Part shown: positions 43,869 to 52,428 of the stretch, piece by piece
How positions within the stretch are numbered: position 1 is the first letter of the stretch
Layout of the letters: each line of letters starts with the position of its first letter
NCBI GenBank assembly: GCA_964632395.1
Contig: CAZWES010000001.1
Location: 25,287-89,286 of the forward strand
Direction: 5' to 3'
Source of the DNA: an uncultured Candidatus Peribacteria bacterium
GTDB taxonomy: Bacteria > Patescibacteriota > Gracilibacteria > Peribacterales > Peribacteraceae
DNA: 64,000 nucleotides
The notes under the pieces: generated by a model
The model's input: only the letters and a program-made list of their open reading frames with translations
Databases searched by the model: none
What the model was told of the DNA's origin: nothing
Position numbers and translations under genes: made by a program

Positions 43869-43913
43869 GAGTAAACGGGGTTATGATTAACTGTGATCAT
43901 AGCAGATTGTGAT

Positions 43914-43990
43914 TGGTGGAGCTGGAGGGATTCGAACCCTCGACCTTCTGATTGCGAACCAGACGCTCTGACCGACTGAGCTACAGCCCC
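43914..43990 (-). tRNA. tRNA-Ala (anticodon CGC)
   Basis: Reverse complement: GGGGCTGTAGCTCAGTCGGTCAGAGCGTCTGGTTCGCAATCAGAAGGTCGAGGGTTCGAATCCCTCCAGCTCCACCA. It folds as a cloverleaf with a G3:U70 pair, the T-loop GGTTCGAATCC and an encoded CCA. Confidence 0.9.
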
Positions 43991-44115
43991 ACGAAGTTGA
44001 AGTCTACTCATAAAGAGATATGTAGCAAATGACATGATCTGAATAAATTTTGTATTCACCATTTCACCCCACCCCATCTCGCCGGTATACTCTCCGCGTA
44101 CCATCCATTTTTGTT

Positions 44116-45261
44116 ATGCATAGAATTCTTGTAGGACTCTCGGTTTTTCTTGTGCCACTCATCTTGTTTGCGTGCGTACAGCTAGGTCAGGAAACTGAGG
44201 AAACTCCCGCAGTCATCGAGGAGCAACAGGAAGAAGCGGTTGAGCCGCCTCCACCTCCGCTTGAGGAGGAAGACCTCGTCACGCGCAACGTAACTTACAC
44301 TGGGATTTTGGAGGAGGGTGGCGTGACGATTTATCAGGAGGGCAGCCACAGGCTGATGCTTTCGGATGGGAAGATGGTTCTGCTTGAGCCTGCGGAGGGC
44401 GAAGTAATACCACTCAGTTTATATGTCTCCAAGCTTGTCCGTGTGCAGGGCGATGTATCTCCAACCGTGGAGGCGGGCGGAACGATCATGGAGGTTAAAG
44501 AGATTCACTGGATCCGCCGTGAGGTTGATGAGGAAGGTGATGAGGAAGAAGTTCTGCGAGTTTTGTGCGGTGGTGATGAGGGTGCTGTGTGTCCGGAGGG
44601 GTTTGTTTGTGAGCTTGGTGAGGAGGAAGGGGTGTGTGTACGTAGCGCGGACGCTTCGACAGGCTCAGCAGAGTCCGTATCCGATTTTGAAGATGAAGTA
44701 ACCGATGAGTCTGAGGAAGAAGAGGTTGTAGAGGACGAAGGATCGTCCGCGGAAGAGGAAGAACAAACATCCGAAGCATCAAGTGAAACAGATGAAGCCG
44801 CGGATGGTACTGATCAGGAGTCTGAAGATGAAGAGGAACAAAAGGAAGAACTCGCCCCCACAAACGGCCGCCACGCAAAATCACTCGAACTCATGATGGA
44901 TGAGGACTATGCGGCTGAGCGCTGGACACAGGAATACTGCAGTGAGCATGTTGGCTTTTGTATTCCTGTTCACAAAAACTGGTACTACAAATCTTTTGGT
45001 GCGATGACATCCATCCTCTGGCATGTAGAAATGGGTGCTCAGCCTGTGGAGGTTATGGGCGATGGCCCGCTCCTCGTTGAACTCAAATCCGGCGATCTTG
45101 CGTCAATCGGCGTTACGGATGGAGAAGTAAAAACTGTTGGAAGCAAAGTGATCGGTTATCGTGCGTGGAGCGAGGGCAGGCACTTTGAGGTTACTGCACC
45201 TTCCGGAGTGGAGGAGGCGGTGCGGTTTGTGACTAGTGGGTTGAGGAGTTCGGAGGAATAA
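44116..45261 (+). CDS. Acidic lipoprotein, unknown function
   Basis: MHRILVGLSVFLVPLILFACVQ has a lipobox. Long Glu/Asp-rich linkers are present. Confidence 0.55.
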   Translation: MHRILVGLSVFLVPLILFACVQLGQETEETPAVIEEQQEEAVEPPPPPLEEEDLVTRNVTYTGILEEGGVTIYQEGSHRLMLSDGKMVLLEPAEGEVIPLSLYVSKLVRVQGDVSPTVEAGGTIMEVKEIHWIRREVDEEGDEEEVLRVLCGGDEGAVCPEGFVCELGEEEGVCVRSADASTGSAESVSDFEDEVTDESEEEEVVEDEGSSAEEEEQTSEASSETDEAADGTDQESEDEEEQKEELAPTNGRHAKSLELMMDEDYAAERWTQEYCSEHVGFCIPVHKNWYYKSFGAMTSILWHVEMGAQPVEVMGDGPLLVELKSGDLASIGVTDGEVKTVGSKVIGYRAWSEGRHFEVTAPSGVEEAVRFVTSGLRSSEE

Positions 45262-45315
45262 GAGCAACTTTAGAGAGGGTTTTGCTGATTATTAATTCAG
45301 TGATACAATTTTTGT

Positions 45316-45597
45316 GTGATCAGCACGAAGCCAGAACCGGAGTTTATAGAAAAATATATGTCATTGGCAGGTTTGCCGGGAATCGATGTAAATCGTGATA
45401 AGTGGAGGGTGGCATTGGTACAGTTGTGGTCCAATAGCAGTATGGGGCAATGGCCTGATTTAAGGGATGGCGAGGATTTGAACCCTGATGAGCGATTACG
45501 AGTACAACAAGCAGCGGTTCAACAGTTGTTGAGGGTGATGAAAGCGACGACAGATGGTATATCACATATGAGAGAAATTTCAGCGTCTGCTGCATAA
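45316..45597 (+). CDS. Hypothetical protein
   Basis: ORF only. Confidence 0.35.
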   Translation: MISTKPEPEFIEKYMSLAGLPGIDVNRDKWRVALVQLWSNSSMGQWPDLRDGEDLNPDERLRVQQAAVQQLLRVMKATTDGISHMREISASAA

Positions 45598-45611
45598 TAA
45601 TGCCTGTGAGA

Positions 45612-46865
45612 TCACATCCAGCACCTACTAACATCAACCTCCCCAACCATCACAACAGATCCATCTGATGCTCCGTTTTTTTCCAACGCATCCTTCAATC
45701 CTATCCTCTTAATAATGTCACGAAACCGATGAATTGCACTCGCATTACTCCAATCCGTCATCTTTGCAATCTGTTCAATTCTTTTTCCGCGTATTGTAAA
45801 AGTGCCGTCCGGATCCTCCTTGATCGTAAAGTCATCTGTTCGGACAGATTCAAGATGCGGTCGGAGAACCGGAATAACTTCTTCGCGTTCTTCTTCTCTT
45901 TTTTTGCGTTCTTCCAAAACAACCGGGAGGAGTTTTTTGATGAATTCATCAACTCCTTTTCTTGTTGCAGCGGAGATTTCGGCAAAGATCTCAACTGAAA
46001 CTTCAGGGACATTTTCCACAAGATCAATTTTGTTCAAAGCTACGAGCTCACGTTTTTTGGAAAGGGTTGGGGAGAAGGCCTCCAGTTCTTTTCGAATTGT
46101 CTGGTAATCCTCATCCAAGTTTTCACGGCTCACATCAAGCATGTGTACGAGCACGCCACAGCGCTCAATATGTCTGAGGAATTGATCACCGAGACCTTTT
46201 CCTTCGCTCGCCCCCTCGATGAGTCCCGGAACATCACATACAACAAAGCCTCGGTCATGGACTTTAACTACTCCGAGGTTTGGTATCAAAGTCGTGAAGG
46301 GATAATCCGCAATCTTTGGTTTTGCAGCAGAGATCACAGAAATCAAAGTTGACTTTCCAACGCTTGGCAAGCCGATGATTCCGACATCTGCAACAAGCTT
46401 CAACTCAAGCTTCAACTGTTTTTCTTCTCCGGGTTCTCCCATTTCTGCAAAATCCGGTGCTTGCCGTACCGATGATGCAAAGTGTGCGTTGCCGTATCCG
46501 CCACGTCCTCCTTTTGCAACGATCACCTCATCACCATCTTTGATGAGGTCGGCGACAACTTCATCAGTTCCCGCTTTTGTTATCACGGTACCGGGTGGTA
46601 CTGTGAGAATCGTGTCTTCCCCACCTCTTCCGCGCTTATTAGATTTACCTCCTTTTATGCCATCCTCCGCTGCAAAGTTTTTGCGTTCCGCAAAGTGAGA
46701 AAGAGTATCCACATCCTTCGCAGCGCGGAAGATGATATTTCCACCATTCCCGCCATCACCACCCCACGGGCCACCGCGCGGTACGTATTTCTCCTTTCGC
46801 CAGGAAACGAGTCCGTCTCCGCCTTTTCCTCCCTGCACGGTGATGGTGGCTTCATCAAGAAACAT
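45612..46865 (-). CDS. obg: GTPase Obg/CgtA
   Basis: MFLDEATITVQGGKGGDGLVSWRKEKYVPRGGPWGGDGGNGGNIIF is the Obg fold. GLPSVGKSTL is G1, and a C-terminal OCT-like domain is present. Confidence 0.9.
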   Translation of the reverse strand: MFLDEATITVQGGKGGDGLVSWRKEKYVPRGGPWGGDGGNGGNIIFRAAKDVDTLSHFAERKNFAAEDGIKGGKSNKRGRGGEDTILTVPPGTVITKAGTDEVVADLIKDGDEVIVAKGGRGGYGNAHFASSVRQAPDFAEMGEPGEEKQLKLELKLVADVGIIGLPSVGKSTLISVISAAKPKIADYPFTTLIPNLGVVKVHDRGFVVCDVPGLIEGASEGKGLGDQFLRHIERCGVLVHMLDVSRENLDEDYQTIRKELEAFSPTLSKKRELVALNKIDLVENVPEVSVEIFAEISAATRKGVDEFIKKLLPVVLEERKKREEEREEVIPVLRPHLESVRTDDFTIKEDPDGTFTIRGKRIEQIAKMTDWSNASAIHRFRDIIKRIGLKDALEKNGASDGSVVMVGEVDVSRCWM

Positions 46866-46886
46866 GCGTAAATGGTAGCAGGTTGT

Positions 46887-47144
46887 TTATTTTTTGACCC
46901 ACAATCTTTTTATAAAAGGCAGGGATTGCATTGATAATACATATCCAATCGTCGGGACGAATGCGTTCAGGAAGGGGTGAGGGAGCTGAGTGGATATCAA
47001 AAAAATTGAAGCAATTACATATGTCATCAATGCGATTATGAATACACGCATTTTGCTGATTTCCCAGGCTTTATCTGACTCTACTCGGCTGTTGCGTTGC
47101 TCGATGATATCGAGGCGCTTGGAGAAGTCATTGTTGTTACTCAT
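46887..47144 (-). CDS. Small membrane protein
   Basis: Start at MSNNNDFSK. The longer ORF-track N-terminus is read through tRNA-Leu and the palindrome, so it is rejected. Confidence 0.45.
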   Translation of the reverse strand: MSNNNDFSKRLDIIEQRNSRVESDKAWEISKMRVFIIALMTYVIASIFLISTQLPHPFLNAFVPTIGYVLSMQSLPFIKRLWVKK

Positions 47145-47176
47145 GGAACGATAATAAAAGAAAACTGGCTTGCCAG

Positions 47177-47288
47177 CCATCCTTCGCGCTTGATGGCCTG
47201 CCATCCGTAGCGCAGCGATTTTGTGGAAGAAAAAACTTCCACAACGCTCAAGCGCTACGGACGGCATCCTCCGCTGCGCGAAGGATGG
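47177..47288. repeat. Long imperfect palindrome H6 abutting the 3' end of tRNA-Leu
   Basis: CCATCCTTCGCGC...CCATCCGTAGCGC...GTGGAAG AAAAAA CTTCCAC...GCGCTACGGACGG...GCGCGAAGGATGG. The last 3 nt overlap the tRNA CCA end. Confidence 0.85.
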
Positions 47289-47372
47289 TGCCGAGGGAGG
47301 GAATCGAACCCTCACTCCCTTGCGGGAACACGATTTTGAGTCGTGCGCGTCTGCCAATTCCGCCACCTCGGC
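47286..47372 (-). tRNA. tRNA-Leu (anticodon CAA)
   Basis: Reverse complement: GCCGAGGTGGCGGAATTGGCAGACGCGCACGACTCAAAATCGTGTTCCCGCAAGGGAGTGAGGGTTCGATTCCCTCCCTCGGCACCA. It has a long variable arm and an encoded CCA. Confidence 0.9.
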
Positions 47373-47398
47373 AACGCATTACATTCTATCACTTTCTT

Positions 47399-47641
47399 CT
47401 ATTGGTGATCACTGATTTTAAACACAGTCAGAACGTCTCCGTTCTTGCGCGCGAATGCCCTGTATTTTTTAGTTATGCGAAATTGCCAAACCTGATCGGA
47501 GTGGGGATTGCGCTTTTTAAGGTCTACACCTCTGTTGTCGCCTTTTTTGAGTTTATGAAGTGCTTTCAGAAAGTGTTTAACAAGCCGATGCCGTTTCAAG
47601 TATGAATCGGCACGGCGAGAGACGAGGATATGTCGTATCAT
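47399..47641 (-). CDS. relE: RelE/ParE-superfamily toxin
   Basis: 80 aa. VWQFRITKKYRAFARKNGDVLTVFKISDH follows the RelE-like W.fR....yRa......l.v..i..H pattern. A 4-nt overlap links it to the upstream antitoxin gene. Confidence 0.7.
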   Translation of the reverse strand: MIRHILVSRRADSYLKRHRLVKHFLKALHKLKKGDNRGVDLKKRNPHSDQVWQFRITKKYRAFARKNGDVLTVFKISDHQ

Positions 47642-47943
47642 TTGTATTCGATGAGTAGGCCCTTTCGTTCATCATCCAGCATTGCGTCATAATCATCACC
47701 CATTTCTTTGGCAAAATTAGAATCTTCTCCCTCTGAAAGAAGGATCTTTTCCAGTTTTTTCCCAGTGAGATTGTCGGGTGTATCTTTGCTGTGATCCAGT
47801 GCAAATTCGATGCGCCCTGTGCGTACGAAATGCATGAGGTATGCTCGCAATATACTACTCAGGGAGAATCCTAGCTGTCGCGCCAGTCTGTCTGCCAGCA
47901 TTTTAAATTTGTCATCCAGTTTAATGTTTACCTGTGTAGTCAT
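47638..47943 (-). CDS. RelB/DinJ-family antitoxin
   Basis: VNIKLDDKFKMLADRLARQLGFSLSSILRAYLMHFVRTGRIEFAL is the ribbon-helix-helix DinJ pattern. Confidence 0.7.
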   Translation of the reverse strand: MTTQVNIKLDDKFKMLADRLARQLGFSLSSILRAYLMHFVRTGRIEFALDHSKDTPDNLTGKKLEKILLSEGEDSNFAKEMGDDYDAMLDDERKGLLIEYK

Positions 47944-48008
47944 GATAGTTGGGGTAGCGAATTCTATACATAGTATAGCTTTTTCTATACACGTTGCAAG
48001 TACTATTT

Positions 48009-49754
48009 CTATGCAGTTTTTCGTGCAGAAAGCACCTTTTTGAGCTCCATCGCATTCACCGCATCCGATTTATCCAACCACCCCCTCTTTGCCACACTTA
48101 CTCCAAGATCAAGGAAAGAAAACTCTTTCACCGCATGTGCATCAGAAGCTATGAGGAATTTGCATCCTGCATCTTTAGCTTTGCGTACCATACTTGCAGG
48201 CAAATCCATTCTCGTCGGCTGTCCATTTATCTCGAGCCACGTTCCGCTTTCCGCAGCTTTTTTGTAGAGGAGTTCCTCATTCAGATCGTATGACTTGCGT
48301 GAGCCTATCATTCTGCCCGTTGGATGTGCGATTGCATGAACGAGTGGATGCTCGATTGCAGCTATCAGTCGTTCAGTGTTATCCGAGCTGAAGCCCGAGT
48401 GGATCGCGGCAATCACAATGTCAAAAAGTTTTAGGATGTCATCGGAGTAATCAAGGCTGCCATCAGCTTTAATATCAACTTCCGTCCCACAAAGAATCTT
48501 CACTTTCACTTTCTTCTGAACCTCTTCGATTTCCTTTTTCTTTTTTAAGACATCCGCTTTTGTTTTTGGGCCACCTGCCACAGAAAGTCCCGGAGAATGA
48601 TCGCTGATGCAGATGTATTCGAGACCGAGTTTATCCGCAGCTTTAGCCATTTCTTCAATCGTTGCGTGGCCGTCTGACCATGTGGAGTGGACATGCAAAT
48701 CTCCGCGGATATCATCAAGCTTTATTAAATCCGGAAGCTTGTGATTTAGCGCTGCATCAATTTCTCCGCTTGATTGTCTGAGTTCCGGTGGAATCAGGTC
48801 CATTCCGAGGGATTTGTAGACTTCAGCTTCGGTTTTTCCGGCGATTTGTTTTTTATCGTGAACCGCGCGGGTAACCGAACCCGCGCTACGCGTTTCAAAA
48901 ACACCATACTCACTTACTTTCAATCCCTTCTCCTTCGCATACGACCTCATTTCAATATTATGCTGTTTGCTGCCTGTAAAGTACTGCAAAGATGCGCCCC
49001 AGTGATCTTCCTCAATCATGCGGAAATCAACCTGCAAACCCGATTCAAGTCGGACTGAAATTTTCGTGTCACCTTTTCCAATAACTTCAGAAACTTCCGG
49101 CAACTCCGTCACAAAGTCTGCAAACTTTGATCTGTTTTTTGCGATGACCAGAATATCCACATCACCAATTGAATCCTCGCGCCTGCGGAAGGATCCTGCC
49201 ACCTCCATCTTTTTAATCTCCTTGCATTTTTTGAGCTCTTTCAAAAGATCTTCAACAATCGGTATTGATAACCCAAGTAGTGTCCGCCCCTGGATTTTTT
49301 CCATGATCTTTAAGCCCTCTTCAAACTTTTCCACAGTCTTCTTCCCAAACCCTGGCAACTTCTCAATCTTTCCGCTTTTGATGGCCTTCTTCAAACTTGG
49401 GATATCTTTTACCTTCAATTCTTTGAAGAGAACTGCTGCCTTTTTGGGTCCGAGAAATGGGACTTTAAGAACATCAAGAATTGATTCCGGGATTTTCTTT
49501 GTGAGTTTTACGTAATCCTCAACCTTTCCGTTTTCAACGAGTTCCCGGGCACGATCCTCAATCCCTTTTCCAATTCCATGCAGTGTGTGGAGCTTCCCCT
49601 CATGTATCAGGGTAAGAATATCTCCCTCGTGATCGCGCAGCGTTTCCGCAGCCCTGCGGTATGCGATTATCGGGAACGAGTCTTCCTCATTTCCCTGGAT
49701 CTCCAGGAGGTTTGCAAAATTCTCGAAGAATTGGGCGAGGTCGGAGGAGTGCAT
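48009..49754 (-). CDS. polX: Family X DNA polymerase with C-terminal PHP domain
   Basis: HhH motifs are present. GSFRRREDSIGDVDILV is the PolX catalytic Asp region, and GDLHVHSTWSDGHATIEEMA is PHP. Confidence 0.9.
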   Translation of the reverse strand: MHSSDLAQFFENFANLLEIQGNEEDSFPIIAYRRAAETLRDHEGDILTLIHEGKLHTLHGIGKGIEDRARELVENGKVEDYVKLTKKIPESILDVLKVPFLGPKKAAVLFKELKVKDIPSLKKAIKSGKIEKLPGFGKKTVEKFEEGLKIMEKIQGRTLLGLSIPIVEDLLKELKKCKEIKKMEVAGSFRRREDSIGDVDILVIAKNRSKFADFVTELPEVSEVIGKGDTKISVRLESGLQVDFRMIEEDHWGASLQYFTGSKQHNIEMRSYAKEKGLKVSEYGVFETRSAGSVTRAVHDKKQIAGKTEAEVYKSLGMDLIPPELRQSSGEIDAALNHKLPDLIKLDDIRGDLHVHSTWSDGHATIEEMAKAADKLGLEYICISDHSPGLSVAGGPKTKADVLKKKKEIEEVQKKVKVKILCGTEVDIKADGSLDYSDDILKLFDIVIAAIHSGFSSDNTERLIAAIEHPLVHAIAHPTGRMIGSRKSYDLNEELLYKKAAESGTWLEINGQPTRMDLPASMVRKAKDAGCKFLIASDAHAVKEFSFLDLGVSVAKRGWLDKSDAVNAMELKKVLSARKTA

Positions 49755-49848
49755 GGTGTAATTATATCGTGGTGAGAGGATTCTGATACAGCAAATAACA
49801 TTTAAACACTTGCATATATGTTTATATGTCTGCTAAACTGTTTCAGGA

Positions 49849-50124
49849 ATGCCCTCAGAAAAGATTTACAGGCAGGCCTCGGAACTGAAGGCGCTTGGGA
49901 GCGTAAGGCGGCTGGAAATTCTCTCATTCCTAAAAAAGAAAAAATCTGCCGTGGTGGGGGATATTGCAGAGGCAATTAGAATTTCGCAGGAATCCGCATC
50001 ACAGCACCTCAGAATTTTGCGGCTTGTGGGGATCGTAACCTCAGTTCGGAGAGGAAAGAATGTTTCTTATCGCATCAGGATGGGGATTGCGGAGCCGGCG
50101 AGGGGGGTTGTAAGGGATTTGTGA
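49849..50124 (+). CDS. arsR: ArsR/SmtB-family transcriptional regulator
   Basis: LKALGSVRRLEILSFLKKKKSAVVGDIAEAIRISQESASQHLRILRLVGIVTSVRRGKNVSYRI. Confidence 0.8.
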   Translation: MPSEKIYRQASELKALGSVRRLEILSFLKKKKSAVVGDIAEAIRISQESASQHLRILRLVGIVTSVRRGKNVSYRIRMGIAEPARGVVRDL

Positions 50125-50170
50125 TTTGAGTTGAGCTGCAGTTTGTTTTTGTGCGCACGGAGGTTTTCAT

Positions 50171-50188
50171 GTTTTAATACGTTGAAAC
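50171..50188. repeat. 18-nt palindrome, degenerate solo copy (3' half of an E-type element)
   Basis: GTTTTAATACGTTGAAAC preceded by GGTTTTCAT and followed by CAAGCAG, as at the right end of E1. Confidence 0.7.
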
Positions 50189-50264
50189 CAAGCAGCAGTT
50201 CTACATTTGATGACTTGTGAGTAGCGTCGGTCGATTGTGTTCGTACACACACGTTTGTATTGTT

Positions 50265-50355
50265 GTTTTAAAACGTTAAAACAAACACGCCTGCGTACAA
50301 AATGCAAAAAAGCCCCGATTCCGTGGTCTGCTATTCGAGGTGGAAAGCAGAAAAG
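50265..50355. repeat. F-element, left copy (18-nt palindrome plus about 70-nt conserved tail)
   Basis: GTTTTAAAACGTTAAAACAAACACGCCTGCGTACAAAATGCAAAAAAGCCCCGATTCCGTGGTCTGCTATTCGAGGTGGAAAGCAG... A near-identical direct repeat lies at 52429-52517. Confidence 0.85.
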
Positions 50356-50409
50356 CGAGACCAATCATGCCAAATTTGTTCTACTATTGGTTTGTTTCGA
50401 TGTTTTTAC

Positions 50410-51459
50410 ATGGCAGGCTTGCATTGGACAAAGTTGAAATCGTGCATCAAACTATTAGCCGAATTAACCTTAACCAGCTCGAAAGTGCCAAAAGAGATCT
50501 TTCTTAAATTGGGCAGTGTCAAATATTCAGGAAAGTCCATAGGCGATGATATACGGGTTGAAATCGAAACAATGGGAGAACGCGTTGTAGTTGATAAGCA
50601 AATTAAAAGAGGAACGACAAAACGGATTAATAAAGACATTGTAAGATTTACCGTTGATCAAAATTCACTCACTCTGCCAATTACAGTCAGAATAATTGAG
50701 AAAGATATTGTGTTCAATGATGTCGGAGCCAAAAAAGTGAAGATAAAGGTGGATTTGTCGAATCAAGGGTCACAAAAAAGCACTCATCGAGTGGAAGTAT
50801 TTGAAAAACGCTGGAAGTATAAAAAACCAAAAGCTTTGTTTGATGTCACTTTTGAAGTGTTGGCTTCAGATATATTTCGATACATCGAAGAAATGGATGA
50901 AGGATTTTTGTTGGTAAAAAACGAAGCTGATAAGAAGAAGTCTTTGCCAGCGTTTCTTAAAGTCAAATACAATCGACGTGAAAATGAGCGTGAATATTTT
51001 ACCCTTCTCGAAGGGGTTTTGCAGGGGAAGACATTTTCCGTAAAAGCGAAGAGTGGTGGAAGCTCTCGTCTTATTGAGGGAAATCCTTACACCGGGCCGG
51101 TTCATATGACTTATTCAAAGTCTGCAAAGAAATTAACTGTTAAGGGCAGAAAATATAAAATCATTGAGGATCCGGCAAATTCTTGGAGAAAAGGTGTCTA
51201 TGATGTTGAAATCCCTGATCATCCACACATGATGCCAGAGGATTATTTGAACAAATCTTCGAAAGCAAAAGTTTGGTTTCATATAGGTCATGATCATAGG
51301 GATGAAGTGGCGAAGGAGAGGTACTTGCATACTGGTACGATGACTGCAGGATGTATGACGATGATTGAGTTGGAAAAATGGGATGAGATTTATAAAATTC
51401 TTATCAAAGCGCGGAAGGGCGATTCGATGAGTGTTGGTACTGTTGAGATCATAGATTGA
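50410..51459 (+). CDS. Candidate cell-wall-targeting effector with YkuD/Tlde1-like motif (copy 2)
   Basis: ...GVYDVEIPDHPH...KVWFHIGHDH...RYLHTGTMTAGCMTMIELEKW. Collinear with 42891-43868, with roughly half the aligned residues identical by eye. The start is uncertain: ATG at 50410, or GTG at 50484, which would mirror the copy-1 N-terminus. The ORF-track start at 50302 lies inside the F repeat. Confidence 0.55.
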   Translation: MAGLHWTKLKSCIKLLAELTLTSSKVPKEIFLKLGSVKYSGKSIGDDIRVEIETMGERVVVDKQIKRGTTKRINKDIVRFTVDQNSLTLPITVRIIEKDIVFNDVGAKKVKIKVDLSNQGSQKSTHRVEVFEKRWKYKKPKALFDVTFEVLASDIFRYIEEMDEGFLLVKNEADKKKSLPAFLKVKYNRRENEREYFTLLEGVLQGKTFSVKAKSGGSSRLIEGNPYTGPVHMTYSKSAKKLTVKGRKYKIIEDPANSWRKGVYDVEIPDHPHMMPEDYLNKSSKAKVWFHIGHDHRDEVAKERYLHTGTMTAGCMTMIELEKWDEIYKILIKARKGDSMSVGTVEIID

Positions 51460-51464
51460 TAATC

Positions 51465-52376
51465 ATGAAACGTACTTTGTTTGTCATATCCGGCATTATC
51501 CTTATTGGAGTAATGGTTTGTATCGCATTAATCTTTTTTGCCAATGGAGGAACATCAGGAAAAGATGGAAGACTCCGCGCTATAGGCGAGTTTGGCAACC
51601 TCAAAATCGGAGACAAATATTTCTATAAGGCTGGTGGTGATGTTGGTAATGCTTACGAAAAAATTCCTCCATCGAGATTTTATATTTATGTTCTACGGAA
51701 TGACTATAATTATAATGATATCTGTACTTATGAGTCATGTGGAATTATTGGTGGTACGGTCTCTCTTTTAAGGGGGTGGCTAATGGGCTACAAGCTTTCT
51801 CCTTATGAAGAGGAATTTGGTCTTGAATTAAACGACGCCGGAGAATTTCCGACTGGAGAATCGTCTCTGATTGTTGTCGCAGACGGCGATTCTAAAATTA
51901 GAGGAATACATCCAAACGCAAAAATGGATAATTTAATTAACATTTTAAAACTATATCCCGACCTGGTAGATTTTGATCTTCTGAGAGGGATGACGGAATT
52001 TGGACCGCTTGAAGTCGGCGCAGATTTTCCGGCCCATCTTATTCAGGAATTTGACGACCATATTTTTGCAGGGGAACCACAAAAGAAATTCACAGTGTAT
52101 TACATATGGAATAAACCGCGGGGACCCGGATGTAATTACTTTGAGTGCGGGTATCATCTCGATCTCATTTATTCATACGGAGGAGATTATTTAGATATCT
52201 GCCCCGATCGCGATGACGTGCTTCTGGAGCTTGGCATTAGCCCTTCACAGGTATCGCGCGGTGAGGCGACTCTTATGGTGATAACCGATTCCAAAAACAA
52301 AATAACAGGTATTCACCCCAATGTTTTGCTTAGAGATGTGGCTGGGATTTTGTTGCAATACGCTTTGGTGCGGTGA
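51465..52376 (+). CDS. Membrane-anchored protein with two tandem copies of the candidate immunity domain (copy 2)
   Basis: MKRTLFVISGIILIGVMVCIALIFF is a TM helix. Two repeats follow: FGNLKIGDK...CTYESC...LIVVADGDSKIRGIHP and FGPLEVGAD...CNYFEC...LMVITDSKNKITGIHP. The ATG is 5 nt after the upstream stop. Confidence 0.6.
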   Translation: MKRTLFVISGIILIGVMVCIALIFFANGGTSGKDGRLRAIGEFGNLKIGDKYFYKAGGDVGNAYEKIPPSRFYIYVLRNDYNYNDICTYESCGIIGGTVSLLRGWLMGYKLSPYEEEFGLELNDAGEFPTGESSLIVVADGDSKIRGIHPNAKMDNLINILKLYPDLVDFDLLRGMTEFGPLEVGADFPAHLIQEFDDHIFAGEPQKKFTVYYIWNKPRGPGCNYFECGYHLDLIYSYGGDYLDICPDRDDVLLELGISPSQVSRGEATLMVITDSKNKITGIHPNVLLRDVAGILLQYALVR

Positions 52377-52428
52377 AGCACTGGAAGAATTTTGTTTGGT
52401 CATCTTTAGCGTTAGTATTTGTTTCCAT

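Noticed and set aside
43865-44104. 79-aa ORF on the minus strand.
   Set aside because: It is read straight through tRNA-Ala (43914-43990), so it is an artefact.
44495-44884. 129-aa minus-strand His/Pro/Leu-rich ORF.
   Set aside because: It is antisense to the Glu/Asp-rich region of the acidic lipoprotein gene, so it is a mirror-frame artefact.
47145-47366. N-terminal 74 codons of the 159-aa ORF 46887-47366.
   Set aside because: This part is translated from tRNA-Leu and the H6 palindrome. The gene was shortened to the internal ATG at 47144.
47399-47943. RelE/DinJ pair as a novel system.
   Set aside because: It is a canonical type II toxin-antitoxin arrangement, annotated as an ordinary feature.
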